Shown here one piece after another: positions 21,676 through 37,113 of a stretch of DNA of 64,000 bases (the stretch's first letter is position 1; each line of letters starts with the position of its first letter). Under the pieces are notes generated by a model, which saw nothing but the letters and a program-made list of their open reading frames with translations, searched no databases and was not told the DNA's origin. Made by a program: the position numbers and the translations under genes. The DNA comes from Nemertoderma westbladi (lineage: Eukaryota > Animalia > Xenacoelomorpha): NCBI GenBank assembly GCA_032718475.1, contig JAUCBJ010008647.1, forward strand, positions 1 to 64,000, written 5' to 3'.

Positions 21676-24600
21676 AGTAAACAATAACAGACAGAAGGAC
21701 AGTCACCTGTAATAATTAGTAAACAATAACAGACAGAAAGACAGTCACCTGTAATAATTAGTAAACAATAACCTATAATTAGTAAACAATAACAGACAGA
21801 AAGACAGTCTCCTGTAATAATTAGTAAACAATAACAGACAGGACGGTCACCTGTAATAATTAGTAAACAATAACAGACAGAAGGACAGTCACCTGTAATA
21901 ATTAGTAAACAATAACCTACAGAAGTACAGTCACCTCACCTGTATTAATTAGTAAACAATAACCTATAATTAGTAAACAATAACCTATAATTAGTAAACA
22001 ATAACCTATAATTAGTAAACAATAACAGACAGAAGGACAGTCACCTGTAACAATTAGTAAACAGTAACAGACAGAAGGACAGTCACCTGTAATAATTAGT
22101 AAACAATAACCTACAGAAGTACAGTCACCTCACCTGTATTAATTAGTAAACAATAACAGACAGAAGGACAGTCACCTGTACTAATTAGTAAACAATAACT
22201 GACAGAAGGACAGTCACCTGTAATAATTAGTAAATAATAACCTATAATTAGTAAACAATAACAGACAGAAAGACAGTCTCCTGTAATAATTAGTAAACAA
22301 TAACAGACAGGACGGTCACCTGTAATAATTAGTAAACAATAACAGACAGAAGGACAGTCACCTGTAATAATTAGTAAATAATAACAGACAGAAGGACAGT
22401 CACCTGTACTAATTAGTAAACAATAACAGACAGAAAGACAGTCTCCTGTAATAATTATAAACAATAACAGACAGAAGGACAGTCACCTGTAATAATTAGT
22501 AAATAATAACCTATAATTAGTAAACAATAACAGACAGAAAGACAGTCACCTGTAATAATTAGTAAACAATAACAGACAGAAGGACAGTCACCTGTAATAA
22601 TTAGTAAATAATAACAGACAGAAGGACAGTCACCTGTAATAATTAGTAAACAATAACCTATAATTAGTAAACAATAACAGACAGAAAGACAGTCTCCTGT
22701 AATAATTAGTAAACAATAACAGACAGGACGGTCACCTGTAATAATTAGTAAACAATAACAGACCGAAGGACAGTCACCTGTAATAATTAGTAAACAATAA
22801 CCTACAGAAGTACAGTCACCTCGCCTGTATTAATTAGTAAACAATAACAGACAGAAGGACAGTCCCCTGTAATAATTAGTACATAATAACAGACAGAAAG
22901 ACAGTCACCTGTAATAATTAGTAAACAATAACAGACAGAAGGACAGTCACCTGTAATAATTAGTAAATAATAACCTATAATTAGTAAACAATAACCTATA
23001 ATTAGTAAACAATAACAGACAGAAGGACAGTCACCTGTAATAATTAGTAAATAATAACAGACAGAAGGACAGTCCCCTGTAATAATTAGTACATAATAAC
23101 AGACAGAAAGACAGTCACCTGTAATAATTAGTAAACAATAACAGACAGAAGGACAGTCACCTGTAATAATTAGTAAACAATAACAGACAGAAGGACAGTC
23201 ACCTGTAATAATTAGTAAATAATAACCTATAATTAGTAAACAATAACCTATAATTAGTAAACAATAACAGACAGAAAGACAGTCACCTGTAATAATTAGT
23301 AAACAATAACCTACAGAAGGACAGTCACCTGTAATAATTAGTAAACAATAACAGACAGAAGGACAGTCACCTGTAATAATTAGTAAATAATAACAGACAG
23401 AAAGACAGTCACCTGTAATAATTAGTAAACAATAACAGACAGAAATACAGTCACCTGTAATAATTAGTAAACAATAACAGACAGAAGGACAGTCCCCTGT
23501 AATAATTAGTACATAATAACAGACAGAAAGACAGTCACCTGTAATAATTAGTAAACAATAACAGACAGAAGGACAGTCACCTGTAATAATTAGTAAATAA
23601 TAACCTATAATTAGTAAACAATAACAGACAGAAGGACAGTCACCTGTAATAATTAGTAAACAATAACCTATAATTAGTAAACAATAACCTATAATTAGTA
23701 AACAATAACAGACAGAAAGACAGACACCTGTAATAATTAGTAAACAATAACCTATAATTAGTAAACAATAACAGACAGAAGGACAGTCACCTGTAATAAT
23801 TAGTAAACAATAACCTATAATTAGTAAACAATAACCTATAATTAGTAAACAATAACAGACAGAAAGACAGTCACCTGTAATAATTAGTAAATAATAACCT
23901 ATAATTAGTAAACAATAACAGACAGAAGGACAGTCACCTGTAATAATTAGTAAACAATAACCTATAATTAGTAAACAATAACCTATAATTAGTAAACAAT
24001 AACAGACAGAAAGACAGTCACCTGTAATAATTAGTAAACAATAACCTACAGAAGGACAGTCACCTGTAATAATTAGTAAACAATAACAGACAGAAGGACA
24101 GTCACCTGTAATAATTAGTAAATAATAACAGACAGAAAGACAGTCACCTGTAATAATTAGTAAACAATAACAGACAGAAATACAGTCACCTGTAATAATT
24201 AGTAAACAATAACAGACAGAAGGACAGTCACCTGTAATGATTAGTAAACAATAACCTATAATTAGTAAACAAGAACAGACAGAAAGACAGTTTCCTGAAA
24301 TAATTAGTAAACAATAACAGACAGAAGGACAGTCACCTGTAATAATTATTAAATAATAACCTATAATTAGTAAACAATAACCTATAATTAGTAAACAATA
24401 ACAGACAGAAAGACAGTCACCTGTAATAATTAGTAAACAATAACCTACAGAAGGACAGTCACCTGTACTAATTAGTAAACAATAACAGACAGAAGGACAG
24501 TCACCTGTAATGATTAGTAAACAATAACCTATAATTAGTAAACAAGAACAGACAGAAAGACAGTTTCCTGAAATAATTAGTAAACAATAACAGACAGAAG

Positions 24601-27600
24601 GACAGTCACCTGTAATAATTAGTAAATAATAACAGACAGAAGGACAGTCACCTGTAATGATTAGTAAACAATAACCTATAATTAGTAAACAAGAACAGAC
24701 AGAAAGACAGTTTCCTGAAATAATTAGTAAACAATAACAGACAGAAGGACAGTCACCTGTAATAATTAGTAAATAATAACCTATAATTAGTAAACAATAA
24801 CCTATAATTAGTAAACAATAACAGACAGAAAGACAGTCACCTGTAATAATTAGTAAACAATAACAGACAGAAGGACAGTCACCTGTAATAATTAGTAAAT
24901 AATAACCTATAATTAGTAAACAATAACCTATAATTAGTAAACAATAACAGACAGAAAGACAGTCACCTGTAATAATTAGTAAACAATAACCTACAGAAGG
25001 ACAGTCACCTGTACTAATTAGTAAACAATAACAGACAGAAGGACAGTCACCTGTAATAATTAGTAAATAATAACAGACAGAAAGACAGTCACCTGTAATA
25101 ATTAGTAAACAATAACAGACAGAAAGACAGTCACCTGTAATAATTAGTAAACAATAACAGACAGAAGGACAGTCACCTGTAATGATTAGTAAACAATAAC
25201 CTATAATTAGTAAACAAGAACAGACAGAAAGACAGTTTCCTGAAATAATTAGTAAACAATAACAGACAGAAGGACAGTCACCTGTAATAATTAGTAAATA
25301 ATAACCTATAATTAGTAAACAATAACCTATAATTAGTAAACAATAACAGACAGAAAGACAGTCACCTGTAATAATTAGTAAACAATAACCTACAGAAGGA
25401 CAGTCACCTGTACTAATTAGTAAACAATAACAGACAGAAGGACAGTCACCTGTAATAATTAGTAAATAATAACAGACAGAAAGACAGTCACCTGTAATAA
25501 TTAGTAAACAATAACAGACAGAAAGACAGTCACCTGTAATAATTAGTAAACAATAACAGACAGAAGGACAGTCACCTGTAATAATTAGTAAACAATTACC
25601 TATAATTAGTAAACAATAACAGACAGAAAGACAGTCACCTGTAATAATTAGTAAACAATAACCTACAGAAGGACAGTCACCTGTACTAATTAGTAAACAA
25701 TAACAGACAGAAGGACAGTCACCTGTAATAATTAGTAAATAATAACAGACAGAAAGACAGTCACCTGTAATAATGAGTAAACAATAACAGACAGAAAGAC
25801 AGTCACCTGTAATAATTAGTAAATAATAACAGACAGAAGGACAGTCACCTGTAATAATTAGTAAATAATAACAGACAGAAAGACAGTCACCTGTAATAAT
25901 TAGTAAATAATAACAGACAGAAAGACAGTCACCTGTAATAATTAGTAAACAATAACAGACAGAAGGACAGTCACCTGTAATAATTAGTAAATAATAACAG
26001 ACAGAAAGACAGTCACCTGTAATAATTAGTAAACAATAACAGACAGAAGGACGTCACCTGTAATAATTAGTAAACAATAACAGACAGAAGAACAGTCACC
26101 TGTAATAATTAGTAAATAATAACAGACAGAAAGACAGTCACCTGTAATAATTAGTAAACAATAACAGACAGAAGGACGTCACCTGTAATAATTAGTAAAC
26201 AATAACAGACAGAAGGACAGTCACCTGTAATAATTAGTAAATAATAACAGACAGAAGGACAGTCACCTGTAATAATTAGTAAATAATAACAGACAGAAAG
26301 ACAGTCACCTGTAATAATTAATAAACAATAACAGACAGAAAGACAGTCACCTGTAATAATTAGTAAATAATAACAGACAGAAAGACAGTCACCTGTAATA
26401 ATTAGTAAACAATAACAGACAGAAGGACAGTCACCTGTAATAATTAGTAAATAATAACAGACAGAAGGACAGTCACCTGTAATAATTAGTAAATAATAAC
26501 AGACAGAAAGACAGTCACCTGTAATAATTAGTAAACAATAACAGACAGAAGGACAGTCACCTGTAATAATTAGTAAACAATAACCTATAATTAGTAAACA
26601 ATAACAGACAGAAAGACAGTCACCTGTAATAATTAGTAAATAATAACAGACAGAAAGACAGTCACCTGTAATAATTAGTAAACAATAACAGACAGAAGGA
26701 CAGTCACCTGTAATAATTAGTAAACAATAGCAGACAGAAGGACAGTCACCTGTAATAATTAGTAAATAATAACAGACAGAAGGACAGTCACCTGTAATAA
26801 TTAGTAAACAATAACCTATAATTAGTAAACAATAACAGACAGAAAGACAGTCTCCTGTAATAATTAGTAAACAATAACCTACAGAAGTACAGTCACCTCA
26901 CCTGTATTAATTAGTAAACAATAACAGACAGAAGGACAGTCACCTGTAATAATTAGTAAACAATAACCTACAGAAGTACAGTCACCTCACCTGTATTAAT
27001 TAGTAAACAATAACAGACAGAAGGACAGTCACCTGTAATAATTAGTACATAATAACAGACAGAAAGACAGTCACCTGTAATAATTAGTAAACAATAACAG
27101 ACAGAAGGACAGTCACCTGTAATAATTAGTAAATAATAACCTATAATTAGTAAACAATAACCTATAATTAGTAAACAATAACAGACAGAAAGACAGTCAC
27201 CTGTAATAATTAGTAAACAATAACCTACAGAAGGACAGTCACCTGTACTAATTAGTAAACAATAACAGACAGAAGGACAGTCACCTGTAATAATTAGTAA
27301 ATAATAACAGACAGAAAGACAGTCACCTGTAATAATTAGTAAACAATAACAGACAGAAAGACAGTCACCTGTAATAATTAGTAAACAATAACAGACAGAA
27401 GGACAGTCACCTGTAATAATTAGTAAATAATAACAGACAGAAGGACAGTCACCTGTAATAATTAGTAAATAATAACAGACAGAAGGACAGTCACCTGTAA
27501 TAATTAGTAAATAATAACCTATAATTAGTAAACAATAACAGACAGAAAGACAGTCACCTGTAATAATTAGTAAACAATAACAGACAGAAGGACAGTCACC

Positions 27601-30600
27601 TGTAATAATTAGTAAATAATAACAGACAGAAAGACAGTCACCTGTAATAATTAGTAAACAATAACAGACAGAAAGACAGTTACCTGTAATAATTAGTAAA
27701 CAATAACAGACAGAAGGACAGTCACCTGTAATAATTAGTAAATAATAACAGACAGAAAGACAGTCACCTGTAATAATTAGTAAACAATAACAGACAGAAG
27801 GACAGTCACCTGTAATAATTAGTAAACAATTACCTATAATTAGTAAACAATAACAGACAGAAAGACAGTCACCTGTAATAATTAGTAAACAATAACCTAC
27901 AGAAGGACAGTCACCTGTACTAATTAGTAAACAATAACAGACAGAAGGACAGTCACCTGTAATAATTAGTAAATAATAACAGACAGAAAGACAGTCACCT
28001 GTAATAATTAGTAAATAATAACAGACAGAAGGACAGTCACCTGTAATAATTAGTAAACAATAACCTATAATTAGTAAACAATAACAGACAGAAAGACAGT
28101 CTCCTGTAATAATTAGTAAACAATAACAGACAGAAGGACAGTCACCTGTAATAATTGGTAAATAATAACAGACAGAAAGACAGTCACCTGTAATAATTAG
28201 TAAACAATAACAGACAGAAGGACAGTCACCTGTAATAATTAGTAAACAATAACAGACAGAAGGACAGTCACCTGTAATAATTAGTAAATAATAACAGACA
28301 GAAAGACAGTCACCTGTAATAATTAGTAAACAATAACAGACAGAAAGACAGTCACCTGTAATAATTAGTAAACAATAACAGACAGAAGGACAGTCACCTG
28401 TAATAATTAGTAAATAATAACAGACAGAAAGACAGTCACCTGTAATAATTAGTAAACAATAACAGACAGAAGGACAGTCACCTGTAATAATTAGTAAACA
28501 ATTACCTATAATTAGTAAACAATAACAGACAGAAAGACAGTCACCTGTAATAATTAGTAAACAATAACCTACAGAAGGACAGTCACCTGTACTAATTAGT
28601 AAACAATAACAGACAGAAGGACAGTCACCTGTAATAATTAGTAAATAATAACAGACAGAAAGACAGTCACCTGTAATAATTAGTAAATAATAACAGACAG
28701 AAGGACAGTCACCTGTAATAATTAGTAAACAATAACCTATAATTAGTAAACAATAACAGACAGAAAGACAGTCTCCTGTAATAATTAGTAAACAATAACA
28801 GACAGAAGGACAGTCACCTGTAATAATTGGTAAATAATAACAGACAGAAAGACAGTCACCTGTAATAATTAGTAAACAATAACAGACAGAAGGACAGTCA
28901 CCTGTAATAATTAGTAAACAATAACCTATAATTAGTAAACAATAACCTATAATTAGTAAACAATAACAGACAGAAAGACAGTCACCTGTAATAATTAGTA
29001 AACAATAACAGACAGAAAGACAGTCACCTGTAATAATTAGTAAACAATAACAGACAGAAAGACAGTCACCTGTAATAATTAGTAAACAATAACAGACAGA
29101 AGGACAGTCACCTGTAATAATTAGTAAATAATAACAGACAGAAAGACAGTCACCTGTAATAATTAGTAAACAATAACAGACAGAAGGACAGTCACCTGTA
29201 ATAATTAGTAAACAATTACCTATAATTAGTAAACAATAACAGACAGAAAGACAGTCACCTGTAATAATTAGTAAACAATAACCTACAGAAGGACAGTCAC
29301 CTGTACTAATTAGTAAACAATAACAGACAGAAGGACAGTCACCTGTAATAATTAGTAAATAATAACAGACAGAAAGACAGTCACCTGTAATAATTAGTAA
29401 ATAATAACAGACAGAAGGACAGTCACCTGTAATAATTAGTAAACAATAACCTATAATTAGTAAACAATAACAGACAGAAAGACAGTCTCCTGTAATAATT
29501 AGTAAACAATAACAGACAGAAGGACAGTCACCTGTAATAATTGGTAAATAATAACAGACAGAAAGACAGTCACCTGTAATAATTAGTAAACAATAACAGA
29601 CAGAAGGACAGTCACCTGTAATAATTAGTAAACAATAACCTATAATTAGTAAACAATAACCTATAATTAGTAAACAATAACAGACAGAAAGACAGTCACC
29701 TGTAATAATTAGTAAACAATAACAGACAGAAGGACAGTCACCTGTAATAATTAGTAAATAATAACAGACAGAAAGACAGTCACCTGTAATAATTAGTAAA
29801 CAATAACAGACAGAAAGACAGTCACCTGTAATAATTAGTAAACAATAACAGACAGAAGGACAGTCACCTGTAATAATTAGTAAATAATAACAGACAGAAA
29901 GACAGTCACCTGTAATAATTAGTAAACAATAACAGACAGAAGGACAGTCACCTGTAATAATTAGTAAACAATTACCTATAATTAGTAAACAATAACAGAC
30001 AGAAAGACAGTCACCTGTAATAATTAGTAAACAATAACCTACAGAAGGACAGTCACCTGTACTAATTAGTAAACAATAACAGACAGAAGGACAGTCACCT
30101 GTAATAATTAGTAAATAATAACAGACAGAAAGACAGTCACCTGTAATAATTAGTAAATAATAACAGACAGAAGGACAGTCACCTGTAATAATTAGTAAAC
30201 AATAACCTATAATTAGTAAACAATAACAGACAGAAAGACAGTCTCCTGTAATAATTAGTAAACAATAACAGACAGAAAGACAGTCACCTGTAATAATTGG
30301 TAAATAATAACAGACAGAAAGACAGTCACCTGTAATAATTAGTAAACAATAACAGACAGAAGGACAGTCACCTGTAATAATTAGTAAACAATAACCTATA
30401 ATTAGTAAACAATAACCTATAATTAGTAAACAATAACAGACAGAAAGACAGTCACCTGTAATAATTAGTAAATAATAACAGACAGAAAGACAGTCACCTG
30501 TAATAATTAGTAAACAATAACAGACAGAAGGACAGTCACCTGTAATAATTAGTAAACAATAACAGACAGAAGGACAGTCACCTGTAATAATTAGTAAATA

Positions 30601-33600
30601 ATAACAGACAGAAGGACAGTCACCTGTAATAATTAGTAAACAATAACCTACAGAAGTACAGTCACCTCGCCTGTATTAATTAGTAAACAATAACAGACAG
30701 AAGGACAGTCACCTGTAATAATTAGTAAATAATAAAAGACAGAAAGACAGTCACCTGTAATAATTAGTAAATAATAACAGACAGAAAGACAGTCACCTGT
30801 AATAATTAGTAAACAATAACAGACAGAAGGACGTCACCTGTAATAATTAGTAAACAATAACAGACAGAAGGACAGTCACCTGTAATAATTAGTAAATAAT
30901 AACAGACAGAAAGACAGTCACCTGTAATAATTAGTAAACAATAACAGACAGAAGGACGTCACCTGTAATAATTAGTAAACAATAACAGACAGAAGGACAG
31001 TCACCTGTAATAATTAGTAAATAATAACAGACAGAAGGACAGTCACCTGTAATAATTAGTAAATAATAACAGACAGAAAGACAGTCACCTGTAATAATTA
31101 GTAAACAATAACAGACAGAAAGACAGTCACCTGTAATAATTAGTAAATAATAACAGACAGAAAGACAGTCACCTGTAATAATTAGTAAACAATAACAGAC
31201 AGAAGGACAGTCACCTGTAATAATTAGTAAATAATAACAGACAGAAGGACAGTCACCTGTAATAATTAGTAAATAATAACAGACAGAAAGACAGTCACCT
31301 GTAATAATTAGTAAACAATAACAGACAGAAAGACAGTCACCTGTAATAATTAGTAAATAATAACAGACAGAAAGACAGTCACCTGTAATAATTAGTAAAC
31401 AATAACAGACAGAAGGACAGTCACCTGTAATAATTAGTAAATAATAACAGACAGAAAGACAGTCACCTGTAATAATTAGTAAACAATAACAGACAGAAGG
31501 ACGTCACCTGTAATAATTAGTAAACAATAACAGACAGAAGGACAGTCACCTGTAATAATTAGTAAATAATAACAGACAGAAAGACAGTCACCTGTAATAA
31601 TTAGTAAACAATAACAGACAGAAGGACGTCACCTGTAATAATTAGTAAACAATAACAGACAGAAGGACAGTCACCTGTAATAATTAGTAAATAATAACAG
31701 ACAGAAGGACAGTCACCTGTAATAATTAGTAAATAATAACAGACAGAAAGACAGTCACCTGTAATAATTAGTAAACAATAACAGACAGAAAGACAGTCAC
31801 CTGTAATAATTAGTAAATAATAACAGACAGAAAGACAGTCACCTGTAATAATTAGTAAACGTCCGTAACAGACAGAAGGACAGTCACCTGTAATAATTAG
31901 TAAATAATAACAGACAGAAGGACAGTCACCTGTAATAATTAGTAAATAATAACAGACAGAAAGACAGTCACCTGTAATAATTAGTAAACAATAACAGACA
32001 GAAGGACAGTCACCTGTAATAATTAGTAAACAATAACCTATAATTAGTAAACAATAACAGACAGAAAGACAGTCACCTGTAATAATTAGTAAATAATAAC
32101 AGACAGAAAGACAGTCACCTGTAATAATTAGTAAACAATAACAGACAGAAGGACAGTCACCTGTAATAATTAGTAAACAATAACAGACAGGAGGACAGTC
32201 ACCTGTAATAATTAGTAAATAATAACAGACAGAAGGACAGTCACCTGTAATAATTAGTAAACAATAACCTACAGAAGTACAGTCACCTCGCCTATATTAA
32301 TTAGTAAACAATAACAGACAGAAGGACAGTCACCTGTAATAATTAGTAAATAATAACAGACAGAAAGACAGTCACCTGTAATAATTAGTAAACAATAACA
32401 GACAGAAGGACGTCACCTGTAATAATTAGTAAACAATAACAGACAGAAGGACAGTCACCTGTAATAATTAGTAAACAATAACAGACAGAAGGACAGTCAC
32501 CTGTAATAATTAGTAAATAATAACAGACAGAAAGACAGCCACCTGTAATAATTAGTAAACAATAACAGACAGAAGGACGTCACCTGTAATAATTAGTAAA
32601 CAATAACAGACAGAAGGACAGTCACCTGTAATAATTAGTAAATAATAACAGACAGAAGGACAGTCGCCTGTAATAATTAGTAAATAATAACAGACAGAAA
32701 GACAGTCACCTGTAATAATTAGTAAACAATAACAGACAGAAAGACAGTCACCTGTAATAATTAGTAAATAATAACAGACAGAAAGACAGTCACCTGTAAT
32801 AATTAGTAAACAATAACAGACAGAAGGACAGTCACCTGTAATAATTAGTAAATAATAACAGACAGAAGGACAGTCACCTGTAATAATTAGTAAATAATAA
32901 CAGACAGAAAGACAGTCACCTGTAATAATTAGTAAACAATAACAGACAGAAAGACAGTCACCTGTAATAATTAGTAAATAATAACAGACAGAAAGACAGT
33001 CACCTGTAATAATTAGTAAACAATAACAGACAGAAGGACAGTCACCTGTAATAATTAGTAAATAATAACAGACAGAAGGACAGTCACCTGTAATAATTAG
33101 TAAATAATAATAGACAGAAAGACAGTCACCTGTAATAATTAGTAAACAATAACAGACAGAAAGACAGTCACCTGTAATAATTAGTAAACAATAACCGATA
33201 GAAGGACAGTCACCTGTAATATTTAGTAAACAATAACCTATAATTAGTAAACAATAACCTACAGAAGGACAGTCACCTGTAATAATTAGTAAACAATAAC
33301 CTATAATTAGTAAACAATAACCGATAGAAGGACAGTCACCTGTAATATTTAGTAAACAAAAACCTATAATTAGTAAACAATAACCGATAGAAGGACAGTC
33401 ACCTGTAATAATTAGTAAACAATAACCTATAGAAGGACAGTCACCTGTAATAATTAGTAAACAATAACAGACAGAAGGACAGTCACCTGTAATAATTAGT
33501 AAACAATAACCTATAATTAGTAAACAATAACCGATAGAAGGACAGTCACCTGTAATATTTAGTAAACAATAACCTATAATTAGTAAACAATAACCTACAG

Positions 33601-36513
33601 AAGGACAGTCAACTGTAATAATTAGTAAACAATAACCTATAATTAGTAAACAATAACCGATAGAAGGACAGTCACCTGTAATATTTAGTAAACAAAAACC
33701 TATAATTAGTAAACAATAACAGACAGAAGGACAGTCACCTGTAATAAGTACTAAACAATAACCTATAATTAGTAAACAATAACCTACAGAAGGACAGTCA
33801 CCTGTAATAATTAGTAAACAATAACAGACAGAAAGACAGTCACCTGTAATAATTAGTAAACAATAACCTACAGAAGGACAGTCACCTGTAATAATTAGTA
33901 AACAATAACCTACAGAAGGACAGTCACCTGTAATATTTAGTAAACAATAACCTATAATTAGTAAACAATAACCTACAGAAGGACAGTCACCTGTAATAAT
34001 TAGTAAACAATAACCTACAGAAGGACAGTCACCTGTAATATTTAGTAAACAATAACCTATAATTAGTAAACAATAACCTACAGAAGGACAGTCACCTGTA
34101 ATAATTAGTAAACAATAACCTACAGAAGGAGAGTCACCTGTAATAATTTGTAAACAATAACCTACAGAAGGACAGTCACCTGTACTAATTAGTAAACAAT
34201 AACAGACAGGAGGACAGTCACCTGTAATAATTAGTAAACAATAACCTATAATTAGTAAACAATAACAGACAGAAAGACAGTCACCTGTAATAATTAGTAA
34301 ACAATAACCTACAGAAGTACAGTCACCTGTATTAATTAGTAAACAATAACAGACAGAAGGACAGTCACCTGTAATAATTAGTAAATAATAACAGACAGAA
34401 AGACAGTCACCTGTAATAATTAGTAAATAATAACCTAATTAGTAAACAATAACAGACAGAAAGACAGTCTCCTGTAATAATTAGTAAACAATAACCTATA
34501 ATTAGTAAACAATAACAGACAGAAAGACAGTCACCTGTAATAATTAGTAAACAATAACCTACAGAAGTACAGTCACCTGTATTAATTAGTAAACAATAAC
34601 AGACAGAAGGACAGTCACCTGTAATAATTAGTAAACAATAACAGACAGAAGGACGTCACCTGTAATAATTAGTAAACAATAACAGACAGAAGGACAGTCA
34701 CCTGTAATAATTAGTAAATAATAACAGACAGAAAGACAGTCACCTGTAATAATTAGTAAACAATAACAGACAGAAGGACGTCACCTGTAATAATTAGTAA
34801 ACAATAACAGACAGAAGGACAGTCACCTGTAATAATTAGTAAATAATAACAGACAGAAGGACAGTCACCTGTAATAATTAGTAAATAATAACAGACAGAA
34901 AGACAGTCACCTGTAATAATTAGTAAACAATAACAGACAGAAAGACAGTCACCTGTAATAATTAGTAAATAATAACAGACAGAAAGACAGTCACCTGTAA
35001 TAATTAGTAAACAATAACAGACAGAAGGACAGTCACCTGTAATAATTAGTAAATAATAACAGACAGAAGGACAGTCACCTGTAATAATTAGTAAATAATA
35101 ACAGACAGAAAGACAGTCACCTGTAATAATTAGTAAACAATAACAGACATAAAGACAGTCACCTGTAATAATTAGTAAATAATAACAGACAGAAAGACAG
35201 TCACCTGTAATAATTAGTAAATAATAACAGACAGAAAGACAGTCACCTGTAATAATTAGTAAATAATAACAGACAGAAGGACAGTCACCTGTAATAATTA
35301 GTAAACAATAACCTATAATTAGTAAACAATAACAGACAGAAAGACAGTCTCCTGTAATAATTAGTAAACAATAACAGACAGGACGGTCACCTGTAATAAT
35401 TAGTAAATAATAACAGACAGAAAGACAGTCACCTGTAATAATTAGTAAATAATAACAGACAGAAAGACAGTCACCTGTAATAATTAGTAAACAATAACCT
35501 ATAATTAGTAAACAATAACAGACAGAAAGACAGTCTCCTGTAATAATTAGTAAACAATAACAGACAGGACGGTCACCTGTAATAATTAGTAAATAATAAC
35601 AGACAGAAAGACAGTCTCCAGTAATAATTAGTAAACAATAACAGACAGAAGGACAGTCACCTGTAATAATTAGTAAATAATAACCTATAATTAGTAAACA
35701 ATAACCTATAATTAGTAAACAATAACAGACAGAAAGACAGTCACCTGTAATAATTAGTAAACAATAACCTACAGAAGGACAGTCACCTGTAATAATTAGT
35801 AAACAATAACCTATAATTAGTAAACAATAACAGACAGAAGGACAGTCACCTGTAATAATTAGTAAATAATAACCTATAATTAGTAAACAATAACCTATAA
35901 TTAGTAAACAATAACAGACAGAAAGACAGTCACCTGTAATAATTAGTAAATAATAACAGACAGAAAGACAGTCACCTGTACTAATTAGTAAATAATAACA
36001 GACAGAAGGACAGTCACCTGTAATAATTAGTAAACAATAACCTACAGAAGGACAGTCACCTGTAATAATTAGTAAACAATAACAGACAGAAGGACAGTCA
36101 CCTGTAATAATTAGTAAATAATAACAGACAGAAAGACAGTCACCTGTAATAATTAGTAAATAATAACCTATAATTAGTAAACAATAACCGATAGAAGGAC
36201 AGTCACCTGTAATAATTAGTAAACAATAACAGACAGAAAGACAGTCACCTGTAATAATTAGTAAACAATAACAGACAGAAGGACAGTCACCTGTAATAAT
36301 TAGTAAACAATAACCTATAATTAGTAAACAATAACAGACAGAAAGAAAGACAGTCACCTGTAATAATTAGTAAACAATAACCTACAGAAGGACAGTCACC
36401 TGTACTAATTAGTAAATAATAACAGACAGAAGGACAGTCACCTGTAATAATTAGTAAACAATAACCTACAGAAGGACAGTCACCTGTAATAATTAGTAAA
36501 CAATAACAGACCG
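21676..36513. repeat. 42-bp satellite, main block (about 14.8 kb) with higher-order structure
   Basis: Continuous array of the unit with recurrent variants. Confidence 0.98.
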
Positions 36514-37074
36514 TGTTAGCTTATTCAATTCCGCTAACACCCCACAAAGTAAGCCGTTAAGCAATATTGGGAGCACGAGGTTGATTACCCAACCTCGTGC
36601 CACCCCGACAAAGTGGGAAGGAGAAACGCACAATAGGGGTCAGGGGCCATACCCCTGACAGAGAGAGAATAGCAGGAGTGAGGGGAAACACTCCAAAGGG
36701 CGCCAACAGGGATATTAGCCAATGGGGGAAGGCACCGGCTAGGTAGTGTAACGACGGCCAAACCGTGCAATATATATTATTAGGTACCATGTTACTGTAA
36801 TCAGTTATCTCATTGTATTAGTCGGTTAGCTAGGGTAGAGCGGAGACTTCTAAGACCGTCCTCGCCTACCACCATTTTATCTGTACATACTGTAATAACT
36901 CTTTGTATTTCAACCATCTATACTGTATCCATTTTATACTGTACCCATTACATTATACATATATCGGAGAATCAATAACATCAGAACTCTTAGACTCTTT
37001 TCACATTCACACGGCGGGGACGCGTACTTATAATAACCGCGGATAAACCGGGATCCTCCTTGGATCCCGTCACA
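36514..37074 (+). repeat. LTR, 561 bp
   Basis: TG...CA termini; homology to 51297-51873 and 52039-52630. Confidence 0.92.
36719..36806 (+). promoter_or_regulatory. LTR core promoter: CCAAT box, TATA, initiator
   Basis: CCAAT at 36719, TATATA at 36771, TCAGTT at 36801 (30 bp after TATA); similar arrangement in sister LTRs. Confidence 0.6.
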
Positions 37075-37113
37075 GTCTTAGAATTCCAGCCAGCTACCGA
37101 TCTAAAGTAAAAG

